DNA of 64,000 nucleotides, taken from the NCBI GenBank assembly GCA_001600815.1, contig BCKZ01000004.1, forward strand, positions 1,081,566 to 1,145,565, in the 5' to 3' direction. The notes beneath the pieces are model-generated. The model was given only the letters and a program-made list of their open reading frames with translations, had not been told where the DNA came from and searched no databases. The DNA is from Alloascoidea hylecoeti. Taxonomy: Eukaryota. Each line of letters begins with the position of its first letter. The stretch's first letter is position 1. This document shows positions 57,475-64,000 of the stretch, one piece after another. The translations under genes were made by a program, and so were the position numbers.

Positions 57475-57627
57475 TTTTTATGTTTTAGCAACTGAAAAAG
57501 AGGAAGTGAAAAGTGTGGAGAGCCGGTTGTCACACAAACAGCCGAACTTCTCAGCACGGACGGGGTAATTCTTATCCGATAAACAATATAAATAATCCTC
57601 CTGAAAATCATATTCCTCATTCAAAAA

Positions 57628-58506
57628 ATGTCTTTTTCTCTTTTGAAATCTCAATTGCAATGTTCTCATTCAATGTTGCGATTGGCTCGCCCAATTGGTA
57701 TCATTGGTGGTAGAATGCTATCTACTTTCTCGGAGCTTCAGTATCTCAAGGTATCGTCTCCGGCAAATGGGGTTTCTTTGATCGAGCTTAACAGACCAAA
57801 GGCATATAATGCTTTATGTACCCCTTTAATCAACGAACTCAATCAGGTTTTGGGAGTATTACGCACAGATAAAGATATAGGAGCTGTTGTTTTAACAGGT
57901 AGTGAAAAGGCATTTGCAGCGGGTGCAGATATTAAAGAAATGAAAGATTTCACTTTAGAAGAATGTATTGCTAATGATTTTATAAAGTCATGGAGTAACT
58001 TGAAAGAATTCCCAAAACCTTTAATTGCAGCAGTCAATGGATTTGCACTGGGAGGTGGTTGTGAATTAGCAATGAGTTGTGATATAATTTATGCGGGTGA
58101 AAATGCCAAATTTGGACAACCAGAAATAACAATTGGTGTTATTCCTGGTGCGGGAGGTACACAGAGATTAATTAGATCAATTGGGAAATCAAGAGCAATG
58201 GAATATATCTTATCGGGTAGACAATTTAATGCAAAACAAGCTGAAGATTGGGGTTTGGTTTCTAAAGTTTTTGCAACTGATAAGGTTGTTGATGAAGCTG
58301 TTCAATTAGCAAGTGAAATATCTAATTTTGGTGGGGCAAGTGTTAGAAAGGCAAAAGAAGCTATTAATTTGGCAAATGAAGTATCACTTTCTGCTGGGTT
58401 ACAACATGAAAGAAGTGTTTTCCATTCTTTATTTGCTACGAAAGATCAAAAGGAAGGAATGTCTGCGTTCGTTGAAAAGAGAAAGCCCAATTTTGAGAAG
58501 TTGTGA
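57628..58506 (+). CDS. Mitochondrial short-chain enoyl-CoA hydratase (ECHS1-like crotonase)
   Basis: LNRPKAYNAL, AFAAGADIKEM, GFALGGGCELAM (catalytic Glu) and FGQPEITIGVIPGAGGTQRL; presequence-like N-terminus. Confidence 0.95.
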   Translation: MSFSLLKSQLQCSHSMLRLARPIGIIGGRMLSTFSELQYLKVSSPANGVSLIELNRPKAYNALCTPLINELNQVLGVLRTDKDIGAVVLTGSEKAFAAGADIKEMKDFTLEECIANDFIKSWSNLKEFPKPLIAAVNGFALGGGCELAMSCDIIYAGENAKFGQPEITIGVIPGAGGTQRLIRSIGKSRAMEYILSGRQFNAKQAEDWGLVSKVFATDKVVDEAVQLASEISNFGGASVRKAKEAINLANEVSLSAGLQHERSVFHSLFATKDQKEGMSAFVEKRKPNFEKL

Positions 58507-58507
58507 A

Positions 58508-58595
58508 TATAAATATTGATAAATATGAACGAGTATATAAATGGATATGAATAAATATTGATAATATGAACAAATAAATACGAATAAATACGAAC
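58508..58595. repeat. Degenerate AT-rich tandem repeat
   Basis: ATAAATATTGATAA(A)TATGAAC twice and ATAAATACGA twice, immediately after the hydratase stop. Confidence 0.6.
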
Positions 58596-58859
58596 ATGAT
58601 GGACGCAAATAAGTGGAAGTAACGTAACACCCAAGCATCACCGTTGTTTTGTTATTTGACTACCGTTTTCAGCAAAATACGCAGCCTTCAAACTTCAATT
58701 TTATTGAAATTCTCAACTTTCAACTTCTTTTTTTTCTTTTACTGAAATATTTCCAAAGTCCTTCGTTGTTTTTTATACATTTCTGTTGGTTTACTCACTC
58801 CTTTTTTTAATCATCTTCATCATTCTTTTTTCTTTTATTTTCTTTTGGGGTATAAGAAC

Positions 58860-61057
58860 ATGTCACAACCAATTCTACCACGCGTTCCGTTTCAAGTGAA
58901 AGCAATATATTCATGGTCGGGTGAACAGAAAGGTATGTCTTTGTTTTTTCTTCATCAACCTATTATTGTATCTAACACATCGAGTAGAGGATCTTGGTTT
59001 TATAGAAGGTGATGCCATAGAGGTTTTTAATATCGGTGATGGTAGTTGGTGGCATGGTAAGCTGAAAAGGAACAAAATGCAAGGGACATTTCCTTCAAAC
59101 TATGTCAAAATAAGGTACAAAACATTTTTCATATTTTATAATTTATTGTTTATTTACTGTTTAAATATTTACTAACTTAAATGTTTACATTTTTTTTAGT
59201 GATGAAGATCTCGAAAAGGCTGCAAAGCTAGCAAAAGCTAGAAAATCAAGAAGTTCATCTCCTTCGAAACAACAACAACAACAACAACAACAATTACAAC
59301 AATTACAACAATTACAACAATCTTATTATAATAAACAACAACAAGATATGAATAATACAATTAAAATAAAACAAGAGAATTTTGATAATTTTAATTCATC
59401 ATCAATAAAAATTAAAAATGAACCAATATATGATCAAACTAATGTTAAATTAGAACAACAACAACAACTTTATGATCAACAAATTCCTTTAGCTGCTTCA
59501 TTTATTGGTACTCCACAAACAGAAAGAGGAAGAGAATCAAGAATAAATTCAAGACAACAAACTCCAATTAAAGATGATTCCTATTATATGGAATTTGTTA
59601 AAACTGAACCTGTTTATGCCCAACCTCAACCTCAACCACAATCACAAATGGATGATTTAAATGGAACTCATTATCGTTCAAATCAATCATCTCCTGTACG
59701 AATAGTACAAAATCAACAGTTACAAGAATCAATGTATGATCAACAAAGATATTATTCTAATTTAAGAGGAGGAGATTATGAACAACAATTACCACCAAAA
59801 CCTAATTTTTATGGGGAATCCGGTTCAACATCGAGATCACATTCAAGATCAAGATCACAAGTTTATGTCGATCAAAATCAAAGTCAAAATCATTTTCAAG
59901 GTCAAAATCAAAGTCAAATTCAATTTCAGAATCAAAGTCAAAGTCAATTTCAGAATCAAAATCAAACACAATTTCAAAATATAAACCAAAGTCAATTTCA
60001 AAATCAAAACCAAAGTCAAAACCAATTTCAAAATCAAAATCAAAATCAAAATCAAAATCAAAATCAAAATCAAAATCAAAATCAAAATCAAAATCAAAAC
60101 CAAAGTCAAAACCAATTTCAAAATCAAAATCAAAATCCTAACATTAACAATCTAAAGTATGATCAAATAATAGATAATAGACAACAATATCAACCAGAAT
60201 CATCATCTTATGACAATAATGATTTTACACCACCAAATCATTTGAATAATTTCCATCAAAATTCTGGTTCATTATCATCATCTGTGATCACATCACCAAT
60301 GACACCAAATCCAACTAGTCCAAGCAGAAGATCTATTGAATCAATGCAAGAATCAACAATATCACCATACCCTATTGACCATTATTATCCAGAAGCTTCT
60401 CTTGAACCATTATCATTGCCTAAAAATGTTACTGCTAGTGATAATCAACAACAACAAAATAGGAACTTTTCTTGTTCAACTGTTACTCCTGGTTATCAAT
60501 CACCAAATAGATCACCAATACCTCAAAATTTAAATTTAAATGGTTATCATCAACAAGAAATTATAAATACAACATTGCCATCTCATAATATTCCTGATTC
60601 AAATCTATTAATATCTCATAATGATATATCAATGAATTATGCTCCTCCATTTGAAGATGATTTTGAAGATGATGATAATGGACCTCCACCACCTCCACCA
60701 GCACATAGAATCTTAGTACGAGGAAATACACCAATACAAACCGATTCCAATAGTATGATTAGTCATTCAAATATTAGTGGTAATGAAATTAATAGAAATT
60801 TAACACCACCAATTTCAAATGATTCTTATCAATTAGATGATTTTAATAATGAAAATGAAATACCAAGACCATTATCATTACAAATTAATGAACCTGATTC
60901 TCCAATGACTGAAGAAATGGTTGATGTTTTAGAAAGATTAGATTCAATGGCATCTCATAGTAGTCAAAAGAAAAATAAAAAACGAATACCAATTGCAAGT
61001 GAATATGAACATTTAAGACAATCAATTAATAATTATAGACCTATTTCAAATGATTTA

Positions 61058-61101
<44 letters not shown>

Positions 61102-61145
61102 AAAAGATAACAATTTACAAAATTCAAATGATGATTATTTATATC

Positions 61146-61201
<56 letters not shown>

Positions 61202-63976
61202 GAAAGTTTTATAACAAGACAAAATAATAATTTGGAATCTTTAGAATACGGAAATTCAATGATTTCATCAACATCACAACAAATTAATAATAATAATGAT
61301 TTTTCAATAAATCCAAGATTAGATACACCAAAACAAAGTTTTGAAAGAAATCAATCACCATATAGATATTATCAACAAATACCAAGAGATAGTAATAGTT
61401 TTGAAAGAAAACAACAATTACAAAATTCTAATTTAGGTACACCGAAAAATAGTTTTGAAAGAAATCAGTCACCAACTAGATATTATCAATCATCAATGAT
61501 ACAAAATGAAAAACAATTACCATCACCACATGTTTTAACAAATCCATCACTAGGTACACCAAAACAAAGTTTTGAAACTGTTAATTCGTCATTATCTTTA
61601 TCATCCTCAACTGAAGCATATTACAATAATAATAATAATAATAATCGTCAACAACAACAAAAGCTTGATAATAATAATAATAATAATAATAATAATTATA
61701 AAAATAATTATAAAGAATTAGATACCTTCTTCACCCCTCCTCCAACTAAATTTACACCTAAAAATAATAATTCAAATTTAAATATATCAATTAAAGATAA
61801 TAATGAATCAAATATATATTCAAATTCACCATTATCATCAAGGAATGAAAATAATGAAAAAGATAGAGAAAGAGAAAAATTACAAAGAGAAAAAATGAAA
61901 CTTGAAATTCAAAAACAAAAACAAATTGAAAGGGAAAATTTATTAAATAATTCAATTATGGAATTAGGTATAAGTACTAATGGAAGATTATCAAAAGATA
62001 CGCTTAATAGTAGTAGTATATCATCAACTGATAGAACACCTCCTTTCCAAAACCAAAATCAAAGTCAAAATCAAAATCAATTTCAAAATTATAATTTACA
62101 AAATAATTCATCACCATCTATTAGAAGTAGAGATAATAATTTTATATCATCAAGATCACCATCTCCATCGAAATTAAAAACTAAAAGATCATCAAAAATT
62201 TTAAAAAAAATATTTTCTGGTAGTAGTTTTGATCAATCACAATATTCAAGAAGTTCATTTGATCAATCTTCATCATATAGTAATACTGATGATTCAACAA
62301 CATCTAATCAACAATTTCAATTAGGTAGAAAGAAATCATTCAGTGATAGATTAAAAAGAAGATCATCAAAATCATCAATTCATGGTGGTTATTCATCATC
62401 AAGTGCTTCATTAGGTACAGATTCATGGGTTGAAGCAAGATTAGATTTACATCGTACAAATACTTTAACAATAAAAGAAATTGAATTAAGAAATTCAAAA
62501 TCTAAATCATCAAATATTAATAATAACCCATTTGATATTTTAAATAATTCAAAAGGTTTAGAAGCAATTGGTGGTTTAGTACCATTTACATTTCGAAATT
62601 TAAAAGAATTAGATGATTCAAAATTTAATAAAGTTGATTCATATTGTAGAAATATTCAATATTTATCAAAATTTATAACACCATCATTATTTGCTTCCAA
62701 ACAAATTAAAAGTGAATTTAAATCAGATGAAGATATTTTAAGAGCATTTTTTATATTTTGTTCTGAAAAAATATCACTTGATAATCCACTTGTTATTGAT
62801 CCAAGAGCAAGTTCAAATCAACCTGTTGATTCATCATTAGTAATGAGAATATTACACGGTACTCCATATGAAGTCGCATATTGTTTTAAATCAATGTGTG
62901 AATCTGCTGGATTTAGATGTGAAGTTATATCAGGATTTTTAAAATCATCAAATTTATTATTAAATACCTTTGATATTTGTAATAATAATAATACTAATGC
63001 ATTTCCTGGTTTAAATCATTGTTGGAATGCAGTTGTTTATAAAGGTGAATGGAGAATAATTGATGTTAATTTATCAAATATAACTTATCCACAACGAAAT
63101 TTATTTACAAATTGTAATGAAAAAATTTCAGAATCTTTTTATTTTTTAAATAAACCTTCTGAAATTATATCAACTCATTTACCAATTTATTCACAACTTC
63201 AATTTATTAAACCAATTATCGATAATAGAATTGCTTTATCATTACCAATGATGTTTCCTGCATTTTTTAAATCACAATTAAAATTTAAAAATTATAATAT
63301 TTCATTATTGAATTTAGAAGATTATGAAGTTTGTGAAATTGATTTTGAAGTTCCAATAAATATTGAAATTAGTGCAGATGTTCATACCAATTCAAATGAT
63401 AAAGGTTTAACATCATTAGCATTAACTCAAATTTATTGGAATTCAAATGGTAAACGTTATTGTAAAGTGAAATGTGTTTTACCTGAAACATCAATGGGTA
63501 TTTTAAATATTTATGCTGGACCAAAAGGATTACAAAAAACAATGAGAATTATTCATCCAATTGCAATTACAATTCCAATAAGGCATAGAGGAAAATATAG
63601 ACCATTAGAATTTGTTTCTAGATATCCAACACCTCATTCACAATTACAAGATTTATATGTTAAAGAACCACAATGTAAAAGGTTAGGTTATGGAGATACT
63701 TATATCTTCAAAGTATTACAGCATATATCAGATCAATCAATTATGAATAGAAGATCATTTTCAGCCTCATCATCATCATCAGGAGGTTTAAAAGTTAAAA
63801 TTGCTTTGCAATCACCATCTGGTAAAATTCATAAACTACATAAACAAGAAACTAATCAATATATTAGTTCTTTTGAATATTCAGCAAAATGTAATGAAAA
63901 AGGATCATGGAGAGGTTTAGTTCTTGCTGATAATGGATCTGCTTGGTGTGTATTTGCAGAATGGACATGTTATTAA
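58860..63976 (+). CDS. CYK3: Cytokinesis protein Cyk3 (SH3 + transglutaminase-like), 3 exons
   Basis: Exons 58860-58932, 58988-59114 and 59200-63976; introns GTATGT..ATCTAAC..TAG and GTACAA..TACTAAC..TAG. Spliced SH3 (VKAIYSWSGE..DLGFIEGD..WWHGKL..GTFPSNYV) is in frame with the long ORF carrying DLHRTNTLT, HCWNAV..EWRIID and WCVFAEWTC. Confidence 0.93.
59873..61201 (+). repeat. Coding microsatellites in CYK3 (QN, polyN, polyQ)
   Basis: (CAAAAT)11 at 60029-60094 inside a QN-rich block; (AAT)13 at 61061-61099; (CAA)19 at 61145-61201. Confidence 0.9.
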
Positions 63977-64000
63977 TTAATACTTTTTGAAATTAATTAT

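Noticed and set aside
27562..58618. Identical 14-mer TTCCACTTATTTGC upstream of EXO70 and, inverted, upstream of CYK3
   Set aside because: Shared 14-mers are expected by chance in 64 kb of AT-rich DNA.
1357..62177. Short ORFs overlapping or antisense to real genes, and intergenic ORFs such as 30451-30768 and 55391-55729
   Set aside because: Shadow frames or low-complexity products without recognisable domains.

Overview
AT-rich fungal nuclear DNA, most consistent with an early-diverging budding yeast (Saccharomycotina). Supporting signs: a Snf6-like protein, a complex I subunit, and ten short introns with relaxed branch points. CTG sits at conserved Leu positions in glycogen synthase and an Och1 paralog, which points to the standard code. 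Two gene-dense arms are present. The left arm carries GSY, DOP1, MTQ2, RUB1, MSL5, NDUFS5/NIPM, SNF6-like, GPI13, three OCH1-like genes around LPD1, and EXO70. The right arm carries a GPI cell-wall gene, NIF3, BOL2, a tandem paralog array, an enoyl-CoA hydratase and CYK3. Between them is an ~18.5 kb gene-poor island (29.9-48.3 kb) holding a single gene, a Ste11-like HMG-box factor with a ~55-aa insertion inside the HMG box. Most notable: (1) a tandem array of two intact and one decayed highly divergent Gid4/Gid10 (Vid24)-like proteins that keep the C-terminal anchor but lack the recognisable degron-pocket motifs; (2) a ~376-nt sequence in the desert that folds into one rod-like hairpin; (3) a dense cluster of AGGCCT-core palindromes with CACGTG sites; (4) a TA-flanked MITE family and a second dispersed repeat. 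All family calls come from recognising motifs by eye; no searches were run.
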